A DNA stretch of 64,000 nt from a virus (Duplodnaviria; Caudoviricetes), in the IMG/VR virus record IMGVR_UViG_3300044991_001466; one strand, written 5' to 3'. The notes beneath the pieces were generated by a model. That model saw only the letters and a list, made by a program, of their open reading frames with translations. It had not been told where the DNA came from and searched no databases. This document shows positions 46,221 to 55,708 of this stretch, one piece after another. Positions within the stretch are counted from its first letter, which is position 1. Each line of letters starts with the position of its first letter. Both the position numbers and the translations under genes were made by a program.

Positions 46221-46615
46221 TATTGAAAATCAGGGTATTTGTTATTTTCACCAAACGCATTTTTAGTTACAGTTGCAATTCTTGTTTGAATGTCGGTCAT
46301 AGAACCAACCTCACCATTATCACCTTTTTGACCTTTACCAAATTCATCTCCATCGGAAATTGCGTTAGGGTTTGTAACACCATAACCATTATTTGCACCA
46401 TATTTATTGGTTGATACGATATCAGTTCTTGTGTTTATATCTGTTAATGAACCTACTTGTCCATTTTGGTTTTGACCTTTACCTAATTCATCACCATCAG
46501 AAATTGCGTTAGGGTTTGTAACACCATAACCATTATTTAATGAGTATCGGTTAATAGCCAATTCAATTGGTCTAAATTGATTAGCTAAGGCTTCTAATTG
46601 TGTTATTTTTGCCAT
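46220..46615 (-). CDS. Hypothetical protein with internal 48-aa repeat
   Basis: NNGYGVTNPNAISDGDE.GKGQ occurs twice; identical 39-bp DNA at 46356-46394 and 46500-46538. Confidence 0.65.
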   Translation of the reverse strand: MAKITQLEALANQFRPIELAINRYSLNNGYGVTNPNAISDGDELGKGQNQNGQVGSLTDINTRTDIVSTNKYGANNGYGVTNPNAISDGDEFGKGQKGDNGEVGSMTDIQTRIATVTKNAFGENNKYPDFQ

Positions 46616-46616
46616 A

Positions 46617-47114
46617 TTAGTATAATATTAATTTTTTTATTTTGTTAATTTCCTCAAATAAACCTAACGATGTGATTGGTGAAATTGATGATTTATGTGA
46701 ATTACTTTTAATTAAATTTAATGGGGGTAACATACTTGGTTTCTTCTTGTGTTTCTTTAAAAAACTATTTTTTCTTTCTCCGGTCATTGCACTCATTTCA
46801 TCCGCATCTTTTCTACCTTCTTTTCTATTGACAATCATATCTCTTTCACCATCTAAGAATTGTTTTCCCCAGTTATTCATTAAATCACCACCAGCCAAGT
46901 CATACTTAATTTTATCACCAATTTTATCAATATTTTGTAAGTCATGAATAATTCGTTTTAATTGACCGTATTTAACTTTTTTATCCGTTAATAATTTTTT
47001 AGCTCTTTGTAACCCATGTGCGTGAGACCCATTAAGTCCCATGACGGCATGATTTACATTATCTAAAATATTTTGTGGGATATCAAATATCCTCTTTTTT
47101 AATTCACTATTCAT
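46617..47114 (-). CDS. Hypothetical protein
   Basis: Ends LFEEINKIKKLILY. Confidence 0.55.
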   Translation of the reverse strand: MNSELKKRIFDIPQNILDNVNHAVMGLNGSHAHGLQRAKKLLTDKKVKYGQLKRIIHDLQNIDKIGDKIKYDLAGGDLMNNWGKQFLDGERDMIVNRKEGRKDADEMSAMTGERKNSFLKKHKKKPSMLPPLNLIKSNSHKSSISPITSLGLFEEINKIKKLILY

Positions 47115-47898
47115 TATCCTTTTTCAAATGTTTGATAATATCATCTGCAGTTAATCCATTACTTTCTAAAGAATCTCTTAATGAATCTATTTGTCTTTTT
47201 ATTATTGGGTTTATTTCTTTCTCTTCGTCTTGTTCCCCAACTTTAGAAACTAAATCGTTATCTTTTCTTTTTTTAACAACACTTTCAATATACTCCTCCA
47301 TGAATTTTTTAGGATTCTCGATTAGTCTTACTTTATCGGTTCCTTTTAATTTAGGGTCATATCCCATTGCTTCTAATCTTTCCATAGTTTCTTCGTGAGA
47401 TAAACCTAATTCTTTTGTGAAATGGTTATAAGCTTCTTTAAAACTTTCATCACCACCCATGGTATCATCATAACCTAAAGCGTCACCCATTGCAATTTCT
47501 ATAAGTTTTTCTTTACTTATTTCTTTACCCTCACCCCAATACCTTGTATAGTTTTGAATACCCAACGTACCATAATTACCTGACATACCTCTACCTGTTT
47601 TAACAACCTTATCCGTGATTGAATTTGATGTTACACCTTTGGTATTTAAATCACCCGGTTTTTTACCACGAGCAATATTTCCGTTTTTATCTACAATTTC
47701 GTCAACCTCTTCTTCTTTTTCCACTTTATCAGGAATTTTGGAATAATCGGTATCATCTGAATTTTCTTTCGCCCATTTCCCCCATTTACTCTTCTCTTTC
47801 TTAGGTTTACCCTTTTCATTTGCTTTCGCATAGAAGAATCTTTGTTGTGCTTTTGACGCAAATTTCTCTTCAATTACCTGTTTTATAAAATTATTCAT
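47107..47898 (-). CDS. Hypothetical charged protein
   Basis: EEKFASKAQQRFFYA module; late motif at 47914-47921. Confidence 0.55.
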   Translation of the reverse strand: MNNFIKQVIEEKFASKAQQRFFYAKANEKGKPKKEKSKWGKWAKENSDDTDYSKIPDKVEKEEEVDEIVDKNGNIARGKKPGDLNTKGVTSNSITDKVVKTGRGMSGNYGTLGIQNYTRYWGEGKEISKEKLIEIAMGDALGYDDTMGGDESFKEAYNHFTKELGLSHEETMERLEAMGYDPKLKGTDKVRLIENPKKFMEEYIESVVKKRKDNDLVSKVGEQDEEKEINPIIKRQIDSLRDSLESNGLTADDIIKHLKKDNE

Positions 47899-47951
47899 CT
47901 ATTTGGACTTTTATATAAATATCAAATGTTATGAAAGATATTTATATAATA

Positions 47952-50144
47952 ATGAATAGACAGAATATTTTAAACTTTTACGGGTCTAAATTTAATTTGA
48001 AATTAGATTCGTCCGAATTATACGATTTTGAACTTGGGAAAACGACCATAGATTATAATACCGATGTGTTGGATTTAACAAACGAAATCACCTATACAGG
48101 ACTAACAATCGACTCTTCTTGCTATTCAGGGTTTACAACCCCTTGGGTATTACCAATCAATGAGTTATACACAGGACACACTTGTGATTTCACAATTAAA
48201 AGAAGAACTGAAAAGGGTTGGACATTAGATTTTGTTTTTGATAGAAACAATATTGAATGGTCTGGTGGAACGACTTTTTATTATTGGGGGATTAGCGGGG
48301 AAACCAATCAATCATATTATGCTGATAATAATCTTTCTTTTAAATTTACCAATGATGGTAGAATTAAATGGGATTCCTACAGATATTCAGGTAATTGTGA
48401 TGCAACTTCAGGATATACCGAATCATATTATATCTCATCAGGACAGACACCTGTTTTATGTTCAGGAGGTACGTCATCTGATTTTAACGTAACAATAACT
48501 TTTGATAGATATAAACATTATCAAGATTGTGATATTGAAAATGAGGGCGGGTGGAACGATTTAATTCGTGGACCACACCCAATTAGTTCTACCGGTAATA
48601 CGGGTTCTACAACCACTCAAATTACCACAGGATATACGATTATTAACAATTACACCGATTGGATTACGGGCGCAACAGGAACAACTGAGTTTATTGAGGT
48701 TTTAAATAAAAAATGGTTTAATGAAAGACAAAAAAGGTTAGGTGTCTTAAAAATATATCTAAACGGTAAAAGAATTTATAAATTAGATGATTGGGAAGAG
48801 GTTATTCCATCTCTTAGGAAATCTGAAAATGACATAATTCAAAAATGGGGTGGAGGTACAACCGCGTATAATACAATACACACGGGAACAACTCTTTTTG
48901 AAATTAAACAAGTAAAGTATTTTGAGGAACCTTTAGATTTCATTCATGTTAATCATCATTATTTAACATCAATTAAACCAAATTATTCAATAAATGAATG
49001 TGCGGATGATTGTGTTGACACTATTATTGGTTTAATAACGCCAACTCCAACACCAACTCAAACTATAACACCAAGTGTTACACCAACACTTACCGTAACA
49101 TCATCCGTTACTCCAACTCGTACAGTTACACCAACACCAAGTGTGACCCCAACTTATACCGTAACACCTACAAATACGGTAACACCAACACCAAGTGTAA
49201 CTCCAACTATCACTCCAACCGAAACTGTTACACCAACGGTAACTGTAACACCAACCAATACCGTGACACCTACGGTGACAGAAACTGTTACGCCAACAGT
49301 AACAGAAACTGTTACACCAACTGTAACTGTAACTCCGTCGATTACGCCAACTAACACAGTAACACCATCTTTTACACCAACAAACACGGTGACACCAACT
49401 AATACAGTAACACCATCTGCAACACCATTACCTAAAATAATTCAAGACGGATTGGTAATCAATGTTAACGGGAACCCATCGTCATATATTGGAACGGGAA
49501 CTACTTGGACAAGTATTGCGACTGGTACAACATATAATGGTGATTTAATAAATGGACCAACTTGGAATACCGGTAATGGTGGTTATTTTTCATTCGATGG
49601 AGTAAATGATTATTGTTATTTTGGCGATAATTCGAAAGGTTTGGATTATGTGTCTAAAACTTTTGGTGGATGGGTTAAAACAACAACATCAAACACAGAT
49701 AAGGTGTTTTTTTTAAGAGGAGAAGAGGGTTATGAATATGGTGGTAGTTTAGGTATATATAAAGAAAATAGTACTAATAAATTTAAATTATTTGCAAGAA
49801 CCGGACAACCTGGTCCAAATGGGTATGATAAAAGAATTGAAAGTAGCACAACACTTATAGATGATACTTGGTATTATGTTATTGGGGTTTATAAATATGA
49901 ATATAATTCTAATCAAAATTTTATAAGTTTATATATAAATGGAATTCAAGAATCCATATCGAATAATAACATATCACCACTATTGTCATTAAACTCATCT
50001 TCAAGAGGTTGGGAAATTGCCAGATATGAGGGACCAACATATAGAGATGTGTCAGTAGGTAGTTTTGAATTATATGAAAGAGATTTATCTGACTCTGAAA
50101 TTCTTGATAATTTTAATAGAAGAAAATCAATTTATGGTTATTAA
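47952..50144 (+). CDS. Virion-type protein with Thr/Pro mucin-like linker and C-terminal LamG/ConA-like lectin domain
   Basis: Start refined to MNRQNIL (TATTTATA at 47939-47946); about 130 aa of TPTVT repeats; FSFDGVNDY, TFGGWVK, WYYVIGVY, LYING, LYERDLSDSEI. Confidence 0.7.
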   Translation: MNRQNILNFYGSKFNLKLDSSELYDFELGKTTIDYNTDVLDLTNEITYTGLTIDSSCYSGFTTPWVLPINELYTGHTCDFTIKRRTEKGWTLDFVFDRNNIEWSGGTTFYYWGISGETNQSYYADNNLSFKFTNDGRIKWDSYRYSGNCDATSGYTESYYISSGQTPVLCSGGTSSDFNVTITFDRYKHYQDCDIENEGGWNDLIRGPHPISSTGNTGSTTTQITTGYTIINNYTDWITGATGTTEFIEVLNKKWFNERQKRLGVLKIYLNGKRIYKLDDWEEVIPSLRKSENDIIQKWGGGTTAYNTIHTGTTLFEIKQVKYFEEPLDFIHVNHHYLTSIKPNYSINECADDCVDTIIGLITPTPTPTQTITPSVTPTLTVTSSVTPTRTVTPTPSVTPTYTVTPTNTVTPTPSVTPTITPTETVTPTVTVTPTNTVTPTVTETVTPTVTETVTPTVTVTPSITPTNTVTPSFTPTNTVTPTNTVTPSATPLPKIIQDGLVINVNGNPSSYIGTGTTWTSIATGTTYNGDLINGPTWNTGNGGYFSFDGVNDYCYFGDNSKGLDYVSKTFGGWVKTTTSNTDKVFFLRGEEGYEYGGSLGIYKENSTNKFKLFARTGQPGPNGYDKRIESSTTLIDDTWYYVIGVYKYEYNSNQNFISLYINGIQESISNNNISPLLSLNSSSRGWEIARYEGPTYRDVSVGSFELYERDLSDSEILDNFNRRKSIYGY
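49040..49430 (+). repeat. Degenerate Thr-Pro-Thr-Val-Thr coding repeats
   Basis: Repeated acacca/actgtaaca units read directly. Confidence 0.85.
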
Positions 50145-50171
50145 TCAAATAAAAAACAATATTTATAACAT

Positions 50172-50540
50172 ATGGAATTTTTTATAAGACAAGGGGCATC
50201 TGACCCAATTTTAAAAATGAGGTTGATTGATGATGGTAAAAACGACAAATCATCATTTAATGATTTATTGGAAAATGCAACAATCTCATTTGATATGTAT
50301 GATACAAAAACAGACCTACCGGTTATTTTAAATCAACCTTGTCTATTAACAACAAGAACAAAGTTATATAATCAAACAACAGACGAATATTACATCACAT
50401 ATCGATTTACAGAAAGTCAAACATCTGAGGTGGGTAAATTTGAAGGTAAAATAACCGTACAATTTGATGATGGGTTGGGGAATAACACAACTAAGTTAAT
50501 TTTACCGATTAAGGAGAAATTATTCATTAATATCTCATAA
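50172..50540 (+). CDS. Small Ig-like structural protein (BppU-like)
   Basis: MEFFIRQG..P.L; ITYRF..QTSEVGKFEGKITVQF; late motif 4 nt upstream. Confidence 0.45.
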   Translation: MEFFIRQGASDPILKMRLIDDGKNDKSSFNDLLENATISFDMYDTKTDLPVILNQPCLLTTRTKLYNQTTDEYYITYRFTESQTSEVGKFEGKITVQFDDGLGNNTTKLILPIKEKLFINIS

Positions 50541-50575
50541 CTTTTTTATTACCGATTTTTTTTCTTATACTTATT

Positions 50576-50625
50576 AATGTAAACAAGGCAAACTGTGATT
50601 TAATCACAAGCTAATACGTCACATT
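50576..50625 (+). promoter_or_regulatory. Structured 5' leader of DNA polymerase
   Basis: AATGT/ACATT closing arms around a perfect hairpin TGTGAT-TTA-ATCACA (50594-50608). Confidence 0.35.
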
Positions 50626-50640
50626 TAAAAAAATTATAAG

Positions 50641-53538
50641 ATGAAAGAGGTTATCTCTCAGGAAGTTATTGAAAACTTTCTTAATGGGGGTGACGATGAG
50701 AAATACATCGTAGGTGTCGAATATGACTACCCCACAAATTCAATATCCAAAATTATTCAAGACCCAGTTAAGGGTAAAATCGTAAAAACAGACTCATTTG
50801 TTCCGTTTTTGTGGGTTGGAGATTTAAGTAATTTAAATTTCTATGGTAATTCCAAAGCCACACAAAAAAAGATGATGGGTAAGTATGGGATTATCATTGA
50901 TAAACTTGAAACTCAAGGAAATGAACGACTTGAATTGGGAATGAAGTTTTTAGTAAAGAGTATTAAAAGTTATACCGACTTAATTAATTTCTTTAAAACA
51001 GGTGGACTTGACCCTTGGGGTGAAGATGTTAGAAAACATTTTACAATTCTATCACCCGTTGAACAATATCTTGTTCAAACAAAAAAAAGATTATTCAAAG
51101 GGATTGACGATTACGGTGGAGTTAATCGATTTGTATTTGATATTGAAACTACAGGTCTTGACCCCGAAACTTGTCATATCATATTAATTGGGGTTAAAGA
51201 TAATCGTGGTTTAAATGAAACTATTAGCGCATTTGGTGAAGATGGTGAAAAGAAATGTATTGAAAGATTTTTTAAATATATTAGTGATTTAAAACCAACT
51301 ATTGTTGCTGGATATAACTCCGCATTCTTTGACTGGCCGTTTATATTAAAACGTGCACAAATATTAGGTGTTGATATAAATGCGTTAACACAAATATTGA
51401 CGGGTACGGGGATGAAAGAAAAGAAGGGGGTTTTAAAACTTGCAAATGAAATTGAAGATTACACACAACATGTAATTTGGGGATTTAATATTATTGATAT
51501 TGCACATTCGGTTCGTAGAGCACAAGCAATTAATTCTGAGATTAAATCTTGGGGTTTGAAATATATTACCAAATATTTGGAGAAAGAGAAAGAGAATCGT
51601 GTGTACGTTGAAGGTAATCAAATATCAAAAATTTATTTGGATAACGAAAGTTATTATGTAAATCCAAAGACAGGTGGTTATAAAAAAATTGGAGAACCCG
51701 GTACAGAAAATTTATTAGATAGGTTCCCTGGTAAGTTTGAGATATGGCCAGGTAGAAAAATTGTAGAACAATATCTTGACGATGACTTGTTTGAAACTAT
51801 GGTTGTTGACGATTCATTTAGTCAATCTACTTTTTTGATTTCTAAATTGGTACCAACAACTTATGAAAGAGTTGCCACAATGGGTACTGCAACATTATGG
51901 AAAATTATAATGTTAGCATGGTCATATGAAAATGGTTTAGCAATTCCAGCAAAAGATGAAAAACGTGCATTCACAGGTGGACTATCAAGATTATTAAATG
52001 TTGGTTACTCCAAGAACATTGTTAAGTTTGACTACTCATCACTTTATCCATCAATTCAACTTGTTTATGATATATTTCCCGAGTGTGATGTAATGGGTGT
52101 ACAAAAATCAATGTTAAAATATTTCCGTAACATTCGTATTAAGTACAAACAACTTGCCGGTGAATTAAAAGATACTGACCCTGTACAATCGGAGATGTAT
52201 GACCGTAAACAATTACCAATTAAGATTTTTATTAACGCATACTTCGGTAGTTTATCTGCTCCACACGTATTTCCTTGGGGTGAAATGGATTCAGGTGAAA
52301 CCATTACCTGTATTGGTCGTCAGTGTTTACGTATGATGATTATGTTTTACATGAAGAAAGGATATAAACCTCTTGTAATGGATACTGATGGTGTGAACTT
52401 TGAAACACCTGAGACCGCTAAGGATACTGTTTATATTGGTAAAGGATTAAATGAATTGGTTATTGAAGGTAAAGAATATCGTGGGATTGAAGCGGACACC
52501 GCAGAATTTAATGATATCTTCATGAGAAATGAAATGGGTCTTGACATTGATTATACGGCACCCGCTTGTATTAATATTTCACGTAAAAATTATATCATTA
52601 AGTTAGTAAAGAAAGGTAAAGAAAAAATAAAACTAACGGGTAATACGATTAAGTCTAAAAAGATGCAGACATATGTTACTGAATTTTTAGATGAGGGTTT
52701 AAAGTTTTTATTAAATGGTGACGGATTATCTTTTGTTGAATTATATTATGAATATGTGAATAAAATTTATAATAAAGAAATTCCATTATCAAAGATTGCA
52801 AACAAAGCACGTGTTAAACAATCCATTAAAGATTATAAGAAACATGTTCAAAAAGTTACCAAATCAGGTTCTTTAATGTCACGTCAAGCACATATGGAAT
52901 TGATAATGAATAGTGACTATCCCGCAGGATTAGGTGACACAATTTATTATGTTAATAATGGAAGTAAAAAATCTTCTGGTGATGTTCAAAAAATTACCAA
53001 ACCAACTAAAAAACAGAATGAAGATTATATGGCTAAATTTGGTGTGTTAATGCCTGAAAATTTTATTGAGGTTAACTGTTATATGATTGATGAAAAGGAA
53101 ATTCTAAATAATCCAAATTTAACTGGTGACTATAATGTACCTCGTTATTTAAATAATTTTAATAAAAGAGTTGAACCATTATTAGTTGTTTTTAATCCAT
53201 CAATAAGAGAAGATATATTAGTTGAAAGTCCTGAAGAAAGACAATATTTTACTAAAACACAGTGTGAATTGGTTAATGGGTTTCCGTTAAAGGAAACAGG
53301 TCAAGATAAATTTGATGAGGTTATGACCTTATCAGATAGTGAGGTTGTGTTTTGGAATAAAGTTGGACGTGATCCATTCTTTATGTATGTAGAAAATAGT
53401 TTAGAATTAGCTGACCCATATTGGGTAAATCTTAATAGAGAAGTTGTTGCGTCCCAAGTGGGGTCTACTGTGAGTAATGAAGACGAAATTATCGGTAACG
53501 ATAATGGTGATTTAATACTACACGTAACTGAAGTTTAG
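50641..53538 (+). CDS. polB: Family B DNA polymerase
   Basis: ExoI FDIETTG, ExoII GYNSAFFDW, motif A FDYSSLYPS, motif B KIFINAYFG, motif C DTDG; no intein evident. Confidence 0.95.
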   Translation: MKEVISQEVIENFLNGGDDEKYIVGVEYDYPTNSISKIIQDPVKGKIVKTDSFVPFLWVGDLSNLNFYGNSKATQKKMMGKYGIIIDKLETQGNERLELGMKFLVKSIKSYTDLINFFKTGGLDPWGEDVRKHFTILSPVEQYLVQTKKRLFKGIDDYGGVNRFVFDIETTGLDPETCHIILIGVKDNRGLNETISAFGEDGEKKCIERFFKYISDLKPTIVAGYNSAFFDWPFILKRAQILGVDINALTQILTGTGMKEKKGVLKLANEIEDYTQHVIWGFNIIDIAHSVRRAQAINSEIKSWGLKYITKYLEKEKENRVYVEGNQISKIYLDNESYYVNPKTGGYKKIGEPGTENLLDRFPGKFEIWPGRKIVEQYLDDDLFETMVVDDSFSQSTFLISKLVPTTYERVATMGTATLWKIIMLAWSYENGLAIPAKDEKRAFTGGLSRLLNVGYSKNIVKFDYSSLYPSIQLVYDIFPECDVMGVQKSMLKYFRNIRIKYKQLAGELKDTDPVQSEMYDRKQLPIKIFINAYFGSLSAPHVFPWGEMDSGETITCIGRQCLRMMIMFYMKKGYKPLVMDTDGVNFETPETAKDTVYIGKGLNELVIEGKEYRGIEADTAEFNDIFMRNEMGLDIDYTAPACINISRKNYIIKLVKKGKEKIKLTGNTIKSKKMQTYVTEFLDEGLKFLLNGDGLSFVELYYEYVNKIYNKEIPLSKIANKARVKQSIKDYKKHVQKVTKSGSLMSRQAHMELIMNSDYPAGLGDTIYYVNNGSKKSSGDVQKITKPTKKQNEDYMAKFGVLMPENFIEVNCYMIDEKEILNNPNLTGDYNVPRYLNNFNKRVEPLLVVFNPSIREDILVESPEERQYFTKTQCELVNGFPLKETGQDKFDEVMTLSDSEVVFWNKVGRDPFFMYVENSLELADPYWVNLNREVVASQVGSTVSNEDEIIGNDNGDLILHVTEV

Positions 53539-54650
53539 ATGATATTGATTGGAGCTGGCATTGCTCTGAACTTGAGTGACTTATTAAGGTTCTCAGCTTC
53601 GCCAGCTTTTCTTTCAAGAATTTTGTCAGGACGAAGTCTTTCAAGTCGAGCCATAAGTTCTTCAACTAATTTAGATTTTTCATCCTTACCCTCAGTAATT
53701 AATGAAGTGTAATCTAATTTAATTGTACTATCAGGAACTTGTAAATCTCCTGAGAATTTACCCCAAATACGACCTAAACCTTCTTTAGAATAACCAATTA
53801 GATATTTTCTAACCCAATTCTGAGAAGGTTTATTTAAACTATCCCATGTTAATTCTTCGGTCATCACATCTGACGGTAATTTAATAACGTCTTTGTTTTT
53901 CTTTATACAAGTGTCTCTATCGTCGGTATCATAATACCAATACCATACATAATAATTTTTTGTTGAAATAGAACCGAAATCAAATCGACCACCAGGAACA
54001 TTAAATAAATGTATTAATTTTTTTCCTTCAGGACCCGCAGTTATTTTATATGTTAAGTCACCACCGATAAGTCTATTCTTAATATTCCTATCACCCATTC
54101 TAAGTAATAAGTCAAAACCTGGTGTCATTAGATATGAACCTGTTGACCCAACTTGAGCAAATCCACCCATACCTCCAAAACCATTACCACCTAATCCACC
54201 AAAACCCGCAGATATTGGGTCAACTATGGTATCTGTTAAAGTCGCTCGTGTAAACCATAATAGTTCATTAATCTCACGACCAGCAGGTACTTCATATATT
54301 TGTTCACCATGAGTTAATTCAATAAAATCTTTTTTAAGTTCATTATCCCCACCAGCCTGTAAACCCACTATTTTAGAGTAGGAATGGGTATATTGGGTTT
54401 CATAATCCAAACTTCTTGTTGTAAAAGCTCTCGATAAGGATTGAGTATCTAAATTAAGTCCCGCCAATGCAGACCATTGAGACTCAATTAACCAATCACT
54501 AACATATTGTTCATATTCAGATAGAGATAACTCCAAAAACGTGTCCATTTGTTCTTGAGTTAATTCAATACCACGAACAGGCATACCTAATAGATGGAAT
54601 ACTTGGGTATATAATTTTTCTTTTTCTTGTTCTGAAATGATTGTCGCCAT
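53535..54650 (-). CDS. Neck protein (T4 gp13-like)
   Basis: LLGMPVRGIELT..Q, WVRKYLIGYSKEGLGRIWGKF, LITEGKDEK. Confidence 0.75.
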   Translation of the reverse strand: MATIISEQEKEKLYTQVFHLLGMPVRGIELTQEQMDTFLELSLSEYEQYVSDWLIESQWSALAGLNLDTQSLSRAFTTRSLDYETQYTHSYSKIVGLQAGGDNELKKDFIELTHGEQIYEVPAGREINELLWFTRATLTDTIVDPISAGFGGLGGNGFGGMGGFAQVGSTGSYLMTPGFDLLLRMGDRNIKNRLIGGDLTYKITAGPEGKKLIHLFNVPGGRFDFGSISTKNYYVWYWYYDTDDRDTCIKKNKDVIKLPSDVMTEELTWDSLNKPSQNWVRKYLIGYSKEGLGRIWGKFSGDLQVPDSTIKLDYTSLITEGKDEKSKLVEELMARLERLRPDKILERKAGEAENLNKSLKFRAMPAPINII

Positions 54651-54688
54651 AATTTGGTATATTCTTATAAATATCTTAATTTTGTATT

Positions 54689-55708
54689 ATGAATGAAATA
54701 TATCCACAGAGTATTATAAATTTAGGTTATCATTATTTTCATGGCCTTTTTCAGAATGGTACATTTAAGTCATATTATGTTAAAAAGTGTAATGATGTGT
54801 TTAAAAGGAATGGTGAAAGACTTGGAATATATGGGTTTTGGTGGAGGGGGACCTATGGAATTTTAAATGAATATTTAATTTGGTGTTGGAGAAATACAGT
54901 TAACACTCACCCATATTGTACATTAGACCTTTTTTATTTGTATAAACATTTTAAAGGCGAAACTTTAAATTACGATAATCAAGAAACTTTGTATGAAAAT
55001 ATTGATAAATTATTTGATTTTGTGGATGAAAATTTTGATTTATTTTTTACACCTAATATTGAAGAAAAATATTTTAAAAGTTTTTGGCGTCGATGTAATA
55101 AATCTTGGGGAAAAGGTCAAATAACAACCATTGCTGTTATGTATAAATTAAGGGAAATATTTCCCGATTGTAAAATAACTAAAATGGATTTTAGTATTAT
55201 GAGAGGTGATGGAGAAGATTTTAAAGGAATTGATATTATATTTTATAATGATTGTAACGAAAAAATAACAATACAAGTTAAATCGGGGAAAATTATTGAA
55301 ACAAATGAAATTGGGTATGTTATTCAAAGTTCAGTTAACGATTTAAAATCGGAAGCAGATTATTATTGTTTTGTCGATATTACGGATAATAATATAAAAA
55401 TTGTTACATTTCAAAATTTAAAACCTTACATAATAAGAGGAAACCCAAACCACACCTTTCGTAAAGAAATTTTACAACCGATACAAATTGATGAACATAT
55501 GAAAACACCAGAAACTTTACAAAAAATAGCAGAATTTGTTTACACTAAACCAGATTTAATATTTGAATTACAATACGTTAAAAGTGATACAAATTTAATG
55601 GAAATAAAAGATAAGGTTATTAATGTAATTATAGGTAATTTCTTAGATGAAAATTTACCAAATCAATTATCTGAGTTTTTAAATGAATTAGAACAAAGAT
55701 TTCAATAA
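54689..55708 (+). CDS. Putative PD-(D/E)xK nuclease-like protein
   Basis: DGEDFKGIDII ... TIQVKS motif; inverted relative to both flanking genes. Confidence 0.45.
   Translation: MNEIYPQSIINLGYHYFHGLFQNGTFKSYYVKKCNDVFKRNGERLGIYGFWWRGTYGILNEYLIWCWRNTVNTHPYCTLDLFYLYKHFKGETLNYDNQETLYENIDKLFDFVDENFDLFFTPNIEEKYFKSFWRRCNKSWGKGQITTIAVMYKLREIFPDCKITKMDFSIMRGDGEDFKGIDIIFYNDCNEKITIQVKSGKIIETNEIGYVIQSSVNDLKSEADYYCFVDITDNNIKIVTFQNLKPYIIRGNPNHTFRKEILQPIQIDEHMKTPETLQKIAEFVYTKPDLIFELQYVKSDTNLMEIKDKVINVIIGNFLDENLPNQLSEFLNELEQRFQ

Noticed and set aside
17169-49430. Tandem repeats as a possible CRISPR array
   Set aside because: All are in-frame coding repeats of 12-18 bp with no unique spacers; no cas genes are visible.
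50594-50608. TGTGA-N5-TCACA as a CRP site, or GGCAAAC as a c-di-GMP-I riboswitch
   Set aside because: CRP needs an N6 spacer, and the riboswitch's GAAA tetraloop, receptor and second stem are missing; kept only as an unnamed structured leader.
20776-53538. Inteins or introns in terminase, capsid or polymerase
   Set aside because: Lengths are ordinary, catalytic motifs are contiguous, and no C/S...HN splice junctions or LAGLIDADG motifs were seen.
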